Shown: positions 19,744 through 29,722 of the stretch, one piece after another
Layout of the letters: the number at the start of each line of letters is the position of its first letter
Numbering within the stretch: the stretch's first letter is position 1
Assembly: GCA_049472315.1 (NCBI GenBank)
Contig: JBLIRN010000015.1
Location: 2,598-66,597, forward strand
Direction: 5' to 3'
Source of the DNA: a bacterium
GTDB taxonomy: Bacteria; SZUA-182; DTGQ01; JAFGSM01
DNA length: 64,000 nucleotides
Position numbers and translations under genes: made by a program
Notes under the pieces: model-generated
Seen by the model: only the letters and a program-made list of their open reading frames with translations
Told to the model about the DNA's origin: nothing
Database searches by the model: none

Positions 19744-21544
19744 GGCGATATCCCCCGTAGTACAATACCTCTTCACCCCTGTCATCGCGTAAGGCGCGAA
19801 TCGTCTCCCCCATGAAGCGGCCCAGCCCATGAATGACCGCCTCATCCTCTGAAATGGGATCGAGTGCCATGGTCATCTTGGTGTCCGGCATATGGTAGAG
19901 GAAGTACTCGATCAGGAGGAGGCCGTCCCTCTCGATGAGGCGAGGCTCCTTGAACAATTCCGCATCATCCCCCAGATTGGTGATATGGTAAGGTCCCAGC
20001 CGATCCAGCCAGGCGGGCGGGATGCTCACGGGCTGAATCTTTGGGCCGAGAAGATATCTCTTGTTGTTGCGAACGAGCGCCAGGAGTTGCCGTCCGTCGA
20101 TACGCTCGAACGTAAAGGTGATGCCTGCGAGCTGCTTGACCGTTAGGGGAAAGAGACCGAATACCCGATATTTCATGGAGTATAACCCGTTGGTCATGGG
20201 CACGAGATCATATACCTTGTCCCAGAGGTGGACCCGCCTTCGCTCCCCGCATGTGTCGACCGTCAGCACCCCCAGGCACGTGGCATAGGTCCCTGTCAAC
20301 TCCTGCTGCTCTTCGTCGGCCAGGGAGACGATGCCCGGTTCGTTGTTTTTCTCCGGTGACGGTTCCTTGATGCCGGTCTTCGTCTCCAGGGCGAGCATCA
20401 GCCCGGTGCGGGCGATTTCGTCAACCGCCTTTCTCACGGGCGCCATGATACTGTTGGCGATCACCACGATCCCCAGCTTGTGATCGAGCAGGGTGACCAT
20501 TTTGCTGTATGTGCCCAGGGTGGCCCCGCCATGTCCGGCTACGCGGCCGGCATAGGCAAGCCCCTCGTCGTCCAGCCACCAGCCGAGACCGATCCGGAAA
20601 TCCATATCCAGGGGTATCGCACTGTTCTGGCACCGGAGGATTTCCTGGAGCGTTTCCTGGCCAAGGATTGTTTCCCTTCCTGCAGTGCCTTCTGCAAAGA
20701 TCATGTTCATGAATCGGGCAAGATCTCTGACTGTGGTGTACAATCCTCCGGCAGGAACCTCGCGCAGCCTATAGGGATTCAGCTCTCGATCCCCCTCGTA
20801 CTCCTTTGCCAGAAAGGGCTTCAGCTCAGGGGACAAAGAAAACGCAGAATGCGTCATACCGAGCGGATCCAATACGCATTCCTCGATATACGACTCGTAG
20901 GGCGTCCCACTCACCCGCTCTATGGTCAGGCCAAGGAGCGAGAATCCGACGTTCGAATATGAGAACACGTAGTCGGGAGGATGGGCCGTGTATGCATCCC
21001 GTAGCATCTCGACCACCATCTCGTAGGGTCCCGGATGTTCGGTCCACATTCCCTTCATGATGTCGGAGGGGAGTCCCGAGTGATGGGTCATGAGGTTGCG
21101 GAGGGTTATGGCCTTTTCGCCTTGAAAACGCGTCTTAACTTGGAATTCAGGAAGACAGGTGTTCAGGGATTCATCGATGTCAAGCCTCCCCTGCTCGGCG
21201 AGATGCATGATCCCGGTGACGGTGAACACCTTGGTGATTGATCCGACCTGATAGATGGTCTCCTCCGTTGCCGCGATTTTACCGGAGACGTCGGCAAGGC
21301 CGAATCCCCTGGACCATACCTCCTCCTGGTCGTCCACGATGGCGATGCTGAGCCCCTTTATATTGTGTTTCTTCATCTTCTTCTCGATCTTCCACGTGAG
21401 ATATTCTCCCGTGTACGCATAATCATCGGTCAGGACGGGAGGCCTTGGGGGCTCCGATGAACAGCCTGAGAACACAAAAACGATGCAGACCAGCAGACAT
21501 AGGAACTGTAGAAAAATAGCGTGATCGCCCTTCGCTGTGCTCAT
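19724..21544 (-). CDS. serine hydrolase, beta-lactamase/transpeptidase-like family lipoprotein
   Basis: Lipobox FSGCSS. SxxK active-site motif VGSITKVFT. YSN-like motif FSYSNVGFSLLG. Extra C-terminal domain. Confidence 0.85.
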   Translation of the reverse strand: MSTAKGDHAIFLQFLCLLVCIVFVFSGCSSEPPRPPVLTDDYAYTGEYLTWKIEKKMKKHNIKGLSIAIVDDQEEVWSRGFGLADVSGKIAATEETIYQVGSITKVFTVTGIMHLAEQGRLDIDESLNTCLPEFQVKTRFQGEKAITLRNLMTHHSGLPSDIMKGMWTEHPGPYEMVVEMLRDAYTAHPPDYVFSYSNVGFSLLGLTIERVSGTPYESYIEECVLDPLGMTHSAFSLSPELKPFLAKEYEGDRELNPYRLREVPAGGLYTTVRDLARFMNMIFAEGTAGRETILGQETLQEILRCQNSAIPLDMDFRIGLGWWLDDEGLAYAGRVAGHGGATLGTYSKMVTLLDHKLGIVVIANSIMAPVRKAVDEIARTGLMLALETKTGIKEPSPEKNNEPGIVSLADEEQQELTGTYATCLGVLTVDTCGERRRVHLWDKVYDLVPMTNGLYSMKYRVFGLFPLTVKQLAGITFTFERIDGRQLLALVRNNKRYLLGPKIQPVSIPPAWLDRLGPYHITNLGDDAELFKEPRLIERDGLLLIEYFLYHMPDTKMTMALDPISEDEAVIHGLGRFMGETIRALRDDRGEEVLYYGGYRLKRATE

Positions 21545-22461
21545 GACATTCCCTCGATTGTTTGTATCTCGCAGAGGACACCGCGATGGTCGGATACCTG
21601 GTCTTCAAGGACTCTATAGGCAGTGAATTCCAGGTCCGAAGAGATCAGTACCCAGTCAAGCCTCTTTCCAAGCAAGGGAAAGGTCTCCATGCCTGCCTGG
21701 CGGGTCTGGTATCCCTTGAGCCGGCATTGTTCCGCAAGCATGTGCAGGGCTGAGTCCCTGGCCTGCCACTCACAGTTGAAATCGCCCATGACGATTGAAA
21801 TCCTGTTGCGGGAGGAGAGGCGGTCGATGAGGTCTTCCATCTGCCGTTGACGCACGGAATTGCGTGAAAAATCAAGGTGAAGGGAGATCACATCGATCTC
21901 TATTGCGGGATCTCCCGGCCATGTCACGGTGGCCACAACGAATCCCTTGGAAAGTGTGGGTGGGGAAGGGGAGAAGGTGACCGAAACGGGCTCTCTGAGG
22001 GGTATCCTGGACAGCAGCGCGGTGCCGTAGGAGAGCTTCATCCCCTTTACATGCTCTCCCCTCACCGAGTAAGGGAAACCCCCTTTATGGGCGAGATATT
22101 CCACCTGGTCCCTCATGCCGCTCCAGATCGACGGCCCGTCGGCCTCCTGAAGGGCGACGATATCAGGGGCTTCACGCCTGAGCACCGCCGCGATATCATC
22201 CAGATTGACCTGGATGTCGCGGCCTTTCTGAAATACCCGGTAGGCATCGTTTCCTCTCCCGTGGGCCATGTTCAACGTCATCAGCCTTAGGGAAGGAAGG
22301 CGAACATGATGCCCTGCCTCCGATAAGGGAATAGGCCCCTCGTGCTCGAACACCGCGGGCTGCATCACCCTGCTTCCACTCATCATCGGGGGCAGGGCAA
22401 AGGCGGAGGTGACCGCGAGAATGCCTAACGAAAAACAGAGAATACGTTTTCTCCTTTGCAT
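21541..22461 (-). CDS. endonuclease/exonuclease/phosphatase (EEP) family protein, secreted
   Basis: ORF 21541..22737. Probable start is MQRRKRIL at 22461, followed by a signal peptide. EEP motifs LRLMTLNMAHG, DIVALQEAD, MGDFN, SDHRGV. Four-nt overlap with the downstream serine hydrolase gene. Confidence 0.8.
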   Translation of the reverse strand: MQRRKRILCFSLGILAVTSAFALPPMMSGSRVMQPAVFEHEGPIPLSEAGHHVRLPSLRLMTLNMAHGRGNDAYRVFQKGRDIQVNLDDIAAVLRREAPDIVALQEADGPSIWSGMRDQVEYLAHKGGFPYSVRGEHVKGMKLSYGTALLSRIPLREPVSVTFSPSPPTLSKGFVVATVTWPGDPAIEIDVISLHLDFSRNSVRQRQMEDLIDRLSSRNRISIVMGDFNCEWQARDSALHMLAEQCRLKGYQTRQAGMETFPLLGKRLDWVLISSDLEFTAYRVLEDQVSDHRGVLCEIQTIEGMS

Positions 22462-22609
22462 AATCACATGTGATTGAAGGTGCGTGTGCGGTAAAATCTT
22501 GGTGACTGGCTGCGCAGTGACAGGAGCCGGATCTTTCCGGAAAGAATAATCCAGATCGGTCGCGTTGTCAATACGGATCCTTGCCTGTGTCAACGAGCGG
22601 ACCTTATGG

Positions 22610-22945
22610 TTAATAGGGTATCTTCTCAGCGGGCCTTCGCTCCGGCACATACCGGTGAGGGATCCTTCCCTCGTTCCATTCCTTGGATACATAGAGATTG
22701 CAGTAACAGCTCCCGTATTCCTCGACATCCGGGGCACGGTACTCGCAGGGGCAGATGATGTCCTTGTCCTTATCGCGATCTCCGGACGCGAGCCTGCACG
22801 GGCAGCACATGTATCCGTAGCGCTTCTTGTTTACCAGCAAGCCCTCCAGGAGCTCGAAGGTCCGCTGCCTATCCTTGTTAAAAAGGTATCCCTTGGGCTT
22901 CTGGACCCGTTTCAGCATCTCATGGAGTTTTTCGACGTCGCTCAT
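22610..22945 (-). CDS. ferredoxin-thioredoxin reductase catalytic subunit-like protein
   Basis: ORF 22610..23026. Likely start is MSDVEKLHE at 22945. FTR-type Cys pattern CCPCR...CPCEY...CYC (two CPC motifs plus CxC). Confidence 0.75.
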   Translation of the reverse strand: MSDVEKLHEMLKRVQKPKGYLFNKDRQRTFELLEGLLVNKKRYGYMCCPCRLASGDRDKDKDIICPCEYRAPDVEEYGSCYCNLYVSKEWNEGRIPHRYVPERRPAEKIPY

Positions 22946-23193
22946 AGTCCCAGGGCCTCCCTGATCGCTTCTTCGTGAAATCCCACAATGACCTTGTCCC
23001 CGATGAGGATGGTGGGAAAGGTGCACCTGGGATTCATCCGTTTTACCTCATCGATGACGGCCTGTCTTTCCTCTCCCTCCAGTAGGTCCACATCCGTATA
23101 GTCGTAGCGCACATTGCACTCGTTCAGGAACTTTTTGGTTGCATTACAGTGGCTGCAGGTGCTGAGGGTGTAGATCCTTACCGGTTTCTGCAT
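22942..23193 (-). CDS. glutaredoxin-like protein
   Basis: Thioredoxin-fold with CSHC active site (IYTLSTCSHCNATKKFL). TFPTI cis-Pro loop. Four-nt overlap with the FTR-like gene. Confidence 0.8.
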   Translation of the reverse strand: MQKPVRIYTLSTCSHCNATKKFLNECNVRYDYTDVDLLEGEERQAVIDEVKRMNPRCTFPTILIGDKVIVGFHEEAIREALGL

Positions 23194-23305
23194 ATCATGG
23201 CCTCCGTTATCAACGAATCGGTGAATCCAACACGCGGTTCAGTCCGGACCAACCGGATTCGTACCCTTATTCATCAGACGGTCCTCGATGGGATTCCTTT
23301 TTTGT

Positions 23306-23488
23306 TTACCCTTTCTTCACGAGCGGTTTCCCACAGCATTCGATTGCACAGGTGCCCCCCGCATCGTGGCAGGCGCATTCCTCTTCGGGGGTTCCTACAT
23401 CCTTGCATTCCTTGACGACCTTGAGCTCGAGGCCGCAATCCTCGCACATGTAAATCTCCCCCATTCTCATATCATGACAACTGGACAT
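23306..23488 (-). CDS. desulforedoxin-like small iron-binding protein
   Basis: IYMCEDCGLELKVVKE resembles the desulforedoxin N-terminal CxxC strand. ECCGKPL resembles the C-terminal CC motif. An insertion with extra Cys lies between the two motifs. Confidence 0.55.
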   Translation of the reverse strand: MSSCHDMRMGEIYMCEDCGLELKVVKECKDVGTPEEECACHDAGGTCAIECCGKPLVKKG

Positions 23489-23910
23489 AATGGTCCCCCT
23501 TTCAGGATGTTAAGGATAGACACTGTCTTACGCATGGAAACATACGCTGGTGATAAGGACCCGAAGTCTGACCTGGATCCGGAAGAATCATTCGTGGATT
23601 CGCGCTGTATATACAATATATATACTATTTCAAATGAAATTCCTTTTCAACCCGGTAGTGGGAGAAATCAAGGAGCAGGGCATGTAATCCGACCGCCTTT
23701 TTCCCCGTCTTTACTATTGGGTATTCTTTGTATATTATTTCCATAATGGTTCGATTCCTTGACATTGCGAATCATTATGGTATTATGTAAATGAGCATTT
23801 ACTAACAATATTTTGTATCGAGCCTACTTAAGCATAGGGGGATTGTTTGGATCAGATAGCCTGAATACATGATCGTGCTGAATCAACCGAGAAGAACAAT
23901 AGGAGCAATA

Positions 23911-24564
23911 ATGCAAATACATGAGGAATTTCTTATATTCCTGGGTCAATGCGTAGACAAGGAGAGAGACGCCTGGGACGGTTTTGTCAAGAAATACAGC
24001 AACCTTATGTACCTTTACATTATAAGGACACTGAAAAGGTACTCCCATCCGGTGCAGTATGAGGAGGTCGATGAAATCTTCAACTGTATCTTTCTGGCAC
24101 TTTTAGAGAATGACTGTAAAAGGATGCGGAGTTTTCGCGGCCGCAACGAGCAATCCTTTGTGGCGTATCTGCGCGAGATCTGCTTTCATATGACCATTGA
24201 TTTTTTGAGGAGACAGAAGCCATTCGTCGACCTTGAGAAGATGCAATATTGTGTTTCCGCCCGTGACAACTATAATGGGATTGATTACCGTGACCTGAAA
24301 CAGCTCATCGGCATAATCAAGAATGATCTCCCGGAGCGGCACAGGTACCTGTTCACGTTGATGTATGAGGAGGACCTTTCGTCATCCGAAATCGCATCCA
24401 TCATGGGCATAAACCTCAACGCCCTCCACCAGTTGAAGTTTCGGATGATGAAGAATTTTGTCAAGATCGCAAAACGCAAGCGATTGTACCATGAGCTGAA
24501 GACATTTATTCACCAGCAGGTACCTCTTATGGTGGGGCTCAATGAAATCGGGTCGGTGATTTGA
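23911..24564 (+). CDS. RNA polymerase sigma-70 family ECF-type sigma factor
   Basis: ORF 23869..24564. Start is the ATG at 23911, after an AGGAG RBS. The region-2-like segment has a non-canonical aromatic core (SNLMYLYI). Region 4 HTH: LSSSEIASIMGINLNALHQLKFR. Sits in an AT-rich island. Confidence 0.7.
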   Translation: MQIHEEFLIFLGQCVDKERDAWDGFVKKYSNLMYLYIIRTLKRYSHPVQYEEVDEIFNCIFLALLENDCKRMRSFRGRNEQSFVAYLREICFHMTIDFLRRQKPFVDLEKMQYCVSARDNYNGIDYRDLKQLIGIIKNDLPERHRYLFTLMYEEDLSSSEIASIMGINLNALHQLKFRMMKNFVKIAKRKRLYHELKTFIHQQVPLMVGLNEIGSVI

Positions 24565-24759
24565 TGTATGGTGAAGGGCGTCATGGGATCAGCGGTTTTT
24601 GCCTCTTCCATTTCTTGCGCAGGGCTGAAGCGGTAATAAGCGGTCATAATACGGTTTCGGTCGATATGATCAAGCGGGACGAGGATACCCCCCGGGATGT
24701 GGATGTGAATCGATTGGGATGACATGTTCCTCCAACCAACCACGCCAAGGAGACGGTAG

Positions 24760-25359
24760 ATGGAAAGGAAACCCACCCAGATACGCAGGGCGGAGATTGT
24801 GCAGGCTGCGTGGGAGCTCATCATGGAAGAAGGGGTTCATGGGCTCACCATCAAAAATATCTGCAGGAAGAACAATATAACGGAGGCTGCCGTATACCGG
24901 CATTTTGCAGACAAGCACGCCATCCTCATGGCGCTCATCGACAGCTTCGAGGTAAATCTCATGCAGGCCCTGGACAACCCCATACGAAATTACCGGAATC
25001 CCCTGCAGCGGCTCAAGGAGGTCATGAAGACACACATGGCCTTTACCGAGGAGAAAAAGGGGATCCTCTTTGCCGTCACCGCCGAGTCCATCCACTTCAA
25101 CGACGACGAATTGCGCCGGCGGATCCTTGATGTTATCAATAGATACAGGGACAGGATCAAGGAGATGCTCAAGGAGGCGAAGAACGAGGGATTGCTGCGG
25201 GAAGACACCAATCTGGATGCAGCGAGTCTGACCTTCTTCGGCCTCATTCAGGCCGCAATCGTTCAATATGCATTAACCAGCTATACCATTCCACCCATTT
25301 CGAAGTTCAATACCCTCTGGGATATCTTTCTGAGGGGGGTTCAAAGGTGCGGGGCATAG
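24760..25359 (+). CDS. TetR/AcrR family transcriptional regulator (paralog 1)
   Basis: N-terminal HTH LTIKNICRKNNITEAAVYRHFADKH. About 55-60% identical to the minus-strand TetR at 29723..30337. Confidence 0.9.
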   Translation: MERKPTQIRRAEIVQAAWELIMEEGVHGLTIKNICRKNNITEAAVYRHFADKHAILMALIDSFEVNLMQALDNPIRNYRNPLQRLKEVMKTHMAFTEEKKGILFAVTAESIHFNDDELRRRILDVINRYRDRIKEMLKEAKNEGLLREDTNLDAASLTFFGLIQAAIVQYALTSYTIPPISKFNTLWDIFLRGVQRCGA

Positions 25360-25372
25360 AAGGCGTAACGAA

Positions 25373-26329
25373 ATGAAAGGGACATCTTACTCCAGCATCA
25401 TTGCATGGCTGACGGCCCTTTTCATATGCCTGTTTCCTCTCACCGGCCATGGAAGCGGGGCAAGGATTGCGATGTTTCTCTGGAGCGGTGAAACGAAGGC
25501 GGAAGAGGGCTTCAGGGATGTGCTTGCGGAGGAATTTCCCGAGCAGGCACCGACCTATACCCTTTTTGACGTAACAAAGGATATGGACTGTCTGGAACGC
25601 CATCTGGAGGACTTCGACGAGATTCAGTATGATCTTATCTACACGTTCGGCTCGAAGGTAACCTCTGAGATCGCAGGGCGATATACGAAGCCCCCCATTG
25701 TCTTCGATATCGTCTTTGATCCGGTGGGTTATGGGATCATTGAATCCTGGGACATGAAGCAGCCCAATCTCACCGGGGCATCAAACGCCGTTCCCGCGGA
25801 TATACAGATAGAGAAGATGCGGGAGGTCTTCGGCGAAGGGGCGATCGGTTTTATTTACAATCCCGCGGATGAGAAATCTGTGCAACTCAAGGAGGCCATG
25901 GAGCGATACCTCGAACAGGCCGGGAGTATCCTGCTCCCCTTCGAGTTCCGCAACAATTTTCGTCCCCTGCGCTCATATCTGGAGCGGGTGAGCAACCAGG
26001 CGGTGTGCATCTATCTTCCATCCGAATGGAGTATATCGAAATACGTCTCCCGCATCATTTCCGAGGGTACCCGGCGAAAGATCCCCACCTGCGTCACCAG
26101 CATATCCTACCTGAGAAAGAAGGCGCTCCTGTGCATAAGCGCGGAGTACTACAATGTAGGCAGAATGGCCGGGGCGCTTGCCGCACGCATCCTCAAGGGG
26201 GATGATCCGGCAGACCTGCCTGTCCGGCGCCCCTCGGCAACGGACGTGAAGCTCTACATCAATTCCTCGACCGCCAAGCGACTCAGGATGCAATTTCCCC
26301 CGGAGCTGGACGTAACCTATATAAAATAG
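25373..26329 (+). CDS. ABC transporter substrate-binding protein (ABC_sub_bind/PF04392-like) with signal peptide
   Basis: N-terminal signal IIAWLTALFICLFPLTG. Periplasmic binding-protein-like layout. Starts 14 nt after the TetR paralog 1 stop. Confidence 0.65.
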   Translation: MKGTSYSSIIAWLTALFICLFPLTGHGSGARIAMFLWSGETKAEEGFRDVLAEEFPEQAPTYTLFDVTKDMDCLERHLEDFDEIQYDLIYTFGSKVTSEIAGRYTKPPIVFDIVFDPVGYGIIESWDMKQPNLTGASNAVPADIQIEKMREVFGEGAIGFIYNPADEKSVQLKEAMERYLEQAGSILLPFEFRNNFRPLRSYLERVSNQAVCIYLPSEWSISKYVSRIISEGTRRKIPTCVTSISYLRKKALLCISAEYYNVGRMAGALAARILKGDDPADLPVRRPSATDVKLYINSSTAKRLRMQFPPELDVTYIK

Positions 26330-26629
26330 CCCCGGTACACTGTCCTGGGAGGGCGTTTCAATATTCGATGATCACCAACGATACGTACATGCCCGATAAC
26401 GTATAGTCGTCTTTCGGCAATCACCTATTCCCCGCAGGAGACCTTACAGGTGAAGGCATCCGTGAAAACAGGGGGCATCGGTCTTGGGCTGTTTTCCCCC
26501 TGGATTGCATCGGCCCTGAAGGATCGAGGTGTGCACGCGAAGCAGTGCGGAAGCCGCTGTCCGTTGGCATGGATGCGGAAGGCATTGTGAAGAGGCGTTG
26601 CGTATACCAAGGAGCATAAGGAGGAAGGG

Positions 26630-27241
26630 ATGAAGGTACTCATTGTCTTCTATTCGATGTATGGCCATACGCACCGCATGGCCGAGGCCGTTGCTGAAGG
26701 GGCACGGGAGGTCGGCGGCGCCGTTGTGGAGTTGCGTCGTGTCCCGGAGACACTTCCCCAGGATGTATTGACGAAGATGGGGGCAGTGGAGCCGCAGAAG
26801 GGATTCTCCCATATCCCCGTCTGCACCCCTGAGGAGCTTGAATCGGCGGATGCGATCATATTCGGCACTCCTACCCGGTTCGGCAACATGTGCGGTCAGA
26901 TGAGGCAATTTCTTGACGCCACCGGTTCGCTCTGGGCAAAGGGTGCACTGGTGGGCAAGGTGGGGAGTGTCTTCACGAGTTCGGCCACCCAGCACGGGGG
27001 GCAGGAGTCCACCATTCTCAGCTTCCACATCACCTTGCTTCATCATGGGTGTATCATTGTGGGCCTGCCCTACACCTTCCAGGGACAGATGCGGATCGAC
27101 GAGATTACGGGCGCCTCACCCTATGGGGCGTCCACCATCGCAGGCGGAAAGGGTGAGCGAATGCCGAGCGGGAACGAGTTGGAGGCGGCTCGGTACCAGG
27201 GTAGACATGTGGCAGCCATTGCATCGGGGCTTGCACGCTGA
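26630..27241 (+). CDS. wrbA: NAD(P)H:quinone oxidoreductase, WrbA (flavodoxin-like)
   Basis: [39 protein letters not shown] upstream. Strong similarity to WrbA along the whole length. Confidence 0.9.
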   Translation: MKVLIVFYSMYGHTHRMAEAVAEGAREVGGAVVELRRVPETLPQDVLTKMGAVEPQKGFSHIPVCTPEELESADAIIFGTPTRFGNMCGQMRQFLDATGSLWAKGALVGKVGSVFTSSATQHGGQESTILSFHITLLHHGCIIVGLPYTFQGQMRIDEITGASPYGASTIAGGKGERMPSGNELEAARYQGRHVAAIASGLAR

Positions 27242-27381
27242 GTTTTCTTGTATTTCAGCCCTTATGAGGCATTTGGGTGACATCGACGGTGCATCCGTAT
27301 ACCGAATCGGTAAGCCCCTCATAATAGGGGCAGGGATTGCACCGTTCTCGGCGCAGCGATAGGCAATGAAGGCGTTCGCCG

Positions 27382-29574
27382 CTATATCCGGGGAGGATGG
27401 ATCTGCGTCCGAGGCGGTTCCTTTTTTGTGGGCCTTCCGGGCCGGGCACCCTCGGAGAGGGAGTAGGAATGGAATCCCCCCGAGAGGATGTCAACCCTGC
27501 CGTCCGGATTGGATACCACCGCGTCGTAGTCACCCGCGGGGAGGGTGGCGGGTATCAGGACCTGAAGCTCTCCGGAATTGATGTACCGGGCTGCCAGGCA
27601 GGGGGTAGGAAGCATCCGCATGATGTGGATGCCGCTGTACCCATCCGCCACGAAGATACATCTGCCGTGCACAGCTACGCCCAGTGTCTCGCCCACGGTG
27701 GGGTAGGTGCCCACCTTCTTCGGATAGGCCGGGTCGCTCACGTCGATCACCACAATCCCCAGCCCGGCCACTGCTGCATAGGCGTATCTGCCTGCCGCCG
27801 CAACATCGATGGCGCTTCCCGGCGTGTCAAAGCTTCCTGATAGACGTGGATGGGTGGGGTCACTGATATCGATGATGCGGACTCCCCTTTCCCCGTTTGC
27901 CAGAAAGGCGAATCCACCGCTCACCGCTGTCCCGTATATCCTTCCGTATGCAGGGAGTGCCCCCGCCAGCCGGGGCCGGGACGGGTTACTGACGTTGATC
28001 ACCTTCAGCCCGGTTTCCCCGTCTGCCACGTAGGCAAAGGCACCGTCTATGACCACATCGATGGCGCTTCCCTCGGTGTCGAACCGGCCGATCTCCCGCG
28101 GGGAACGAGGATCGCTCACATCGATGATGTCCAACCCCTCCCGGCCGGCGGCGACATATGCGCATGTCCCGCTCACCGCCACCCTGACGGCGCTCCCCTG
28201 GATAGCGAATGAGCCCGCACGGCGGGGTGCCCGCGGATCACTCACCTCCACGATGAGGAGGCCCTTGTCGCCGTCCGCAACGAAGGCGAACCTGCCGCTC
28301 ACTGCAACCCCGAGGGCATTTCCCGGGGTATCATACGCGCCTGTCTTCTTCGGATGCGGAAGGTCCCCGATATCGACGATGTGCAGGCCCTTGGCGAAAT
28401 CGGCGACATAGGCATAGGTACCGCTTATGGCAATATCATGGGCCCTCCCCGGTGTCTTGAAGTCCACCACCAGACGCGGGTTTGCCGCGTCACTCAGGTC
28501 GATGATACGTAATCCCTGGTTGAGGTCGGCGATATAGGCATACCTGCCGCGCACCGCGACATCGTAAGCCGTGCCCGGTGTCGGATATATCCCCACCTGC
28601 TTCGGTAGTCCGGGATCGCTTACATCCACGATGAGGAGTCCCTTTTTCGAGTCCGCCACATAGGCAAACCTGCCGCCTGCCACCGCTCCAAAGGCCTTCC
28701 CTGGGACCTCCAGCACACCTACACCCCGTGGATGCGCGGGATCGCTTACATCAACGATATGGAGCGCATCGGTTGCGGCGATATATGCGTATCGTCCGTT
28801 CACGGAGATGTCATTCGCCGTGCCGGACGTCGAAAATATACCTATCTCCTGTGGATGCGCGGCATCGCTTATATCGATGATATGCATTCCCTCCTCCCAA
28901 TCCGTGATATAGGCGTATCCACCCTCCACCGCGATACCCGATGCCGTACCTTTCATCGCGAGCGCACCCGTACGCTCGGGTTTGGACGGATCGCTGACAT
29001 CCACGATCACGAGCCCCTCCCCTCTATCCGCCAGATAGATCCGGTTTCCACTCACCGCCAGGTCGTAGGCCTCACCCGGTGTGCCGAAATGCCCAACGGA
29101 CACGGGGCGGCCCGGCTCGCTCACATCGATGATGCGCAGCCCCTTTTCGAAGTCGGCGACATAGGCGTATCTGCCGCTCACTACCACCCCGTAAGCCTTG
29201 CCCGGGGTATCCTGGGCACCCACCAGCCTCGGTGCCGAGGGGTCGCTGATGTCGATGATCTGCAATCCCCTTCCGAAGTCGGCGACATAGGCATATCTGC
29301 CGCTCACTACGACGCTGTAAGCCTTGCCCGGGGTCTTCTCTCCTGCCGTCAGATTTGAACCCACCCGGTACAGATGCACCTCGGTATCGGGGGTAAATCC
29401 CGTACCATGGATGGAAATCCCTGCGGATGAGGCATTTCGGTAGGAATCGGGAACCACGCCGGTGATGCGCAGGGGCTCGAAATACTCGCCGCGGGCACGA
29501 GTACTGATCATTATCGGGAGGAGCAAGACACAAGAAAGACAACAGGTCAAAATTGTGTATAGGAATCTATTCAT
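27382..29574 (-). CDS. LVIVD-repeat beta-propeller protein with IPT/TIG-like domains, secreted
   Basis: ORF 27382..29757. Probable start is MNRFLYT at 29574, with a signal peptide. More than 12 repeats of the pattern G.AYGVAVSGRYAYVAD...GL.IVDVSDP...P. Ig-like IPT segments at both ends. Confidence 0.85.
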   Translation of the reverse strand: MNRFLYTILTCCLSCVLLLPIMISTRARGEYFEPLRITGVVPDSYRNASSAGISIHGTGFTPDTEVHLYRVGSNLTAGEKTPGKAYSVVVSGRYAYVADFGRGLQIIDISDPSAPRLVGAQDTPGKAYGVVVSGRYAYVADFEKGLRIIDVSEPGRPVSVGHFGTPGEAYDLAVSGNRIYLADRGEGLVIVDVSDPSKPERTGALAMKGTASGIAVEGGYAYITDWEEGMHIIDISDAAHPQEIGIFSTSGTANDISVNGRYAYIAATDALHIVDVSDPAHPRGVGVLEVPGKAFGAVAGGRFAYVADSKKGLLIVDVSDPGLPKQVGIYPTPGTAYDVAVRGRYAYIADLNQGLRIIDLSDAANPRLVVDFKTPGRAHDIAISGTYAYVADFAKGLHIVDIGDLPHPKKTGAYDTPGNALGVAVSGRFAFVADGDKGLLIVEVSDPRAPRRAGSFAIQGSAVRVAVSGTCAYVAAGREGLDIIDVSDPRSPREIGRFDTEGSAIDVVIDGAFAYVADGETGLKVINVSNPSRPRLAGALPAYGRIYGTAVSGGFAFLANGERGVRIIDISDPTHPRLSGSFDTPGSAIDVAAAGRYAYAAVAGLGIVVIDVSDPAYPKKVGTYPTVGETLGVAVHGRCIFVADGYSGIHIMRMLPTPCLAARYINSGELQVLIPATLPAGDYDAVVSNPDGRVDILSGGFHSYSLSEGARPGRPTKKEPPRTQIHPPRI

Positions 29575-29722
29575 GACGTAGCAGCGATGATTATGGTATC
29601 CGATAACCTCCCTGACTGCCTTTGGCTTCCCCTGGGTCTCCTGTGTGCTGAGTTTTTCCAGAGTCTTGAAGTCAGTTAAAGGATTTTTCTTAGAGTCCAT
29701 GACGGCACTCCTCCTGATGATG

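Noticed and set aside
27261-27330. Imperfect inverted repeat CCTTATGAGG...CCTCATAA between the convergent wrbA and LVIVD genes, considered as a bidirectional terminator
   Set aside because: The stem is only ~8 bp with a ~40-nt loop and no T-tract, which is too weak to call.
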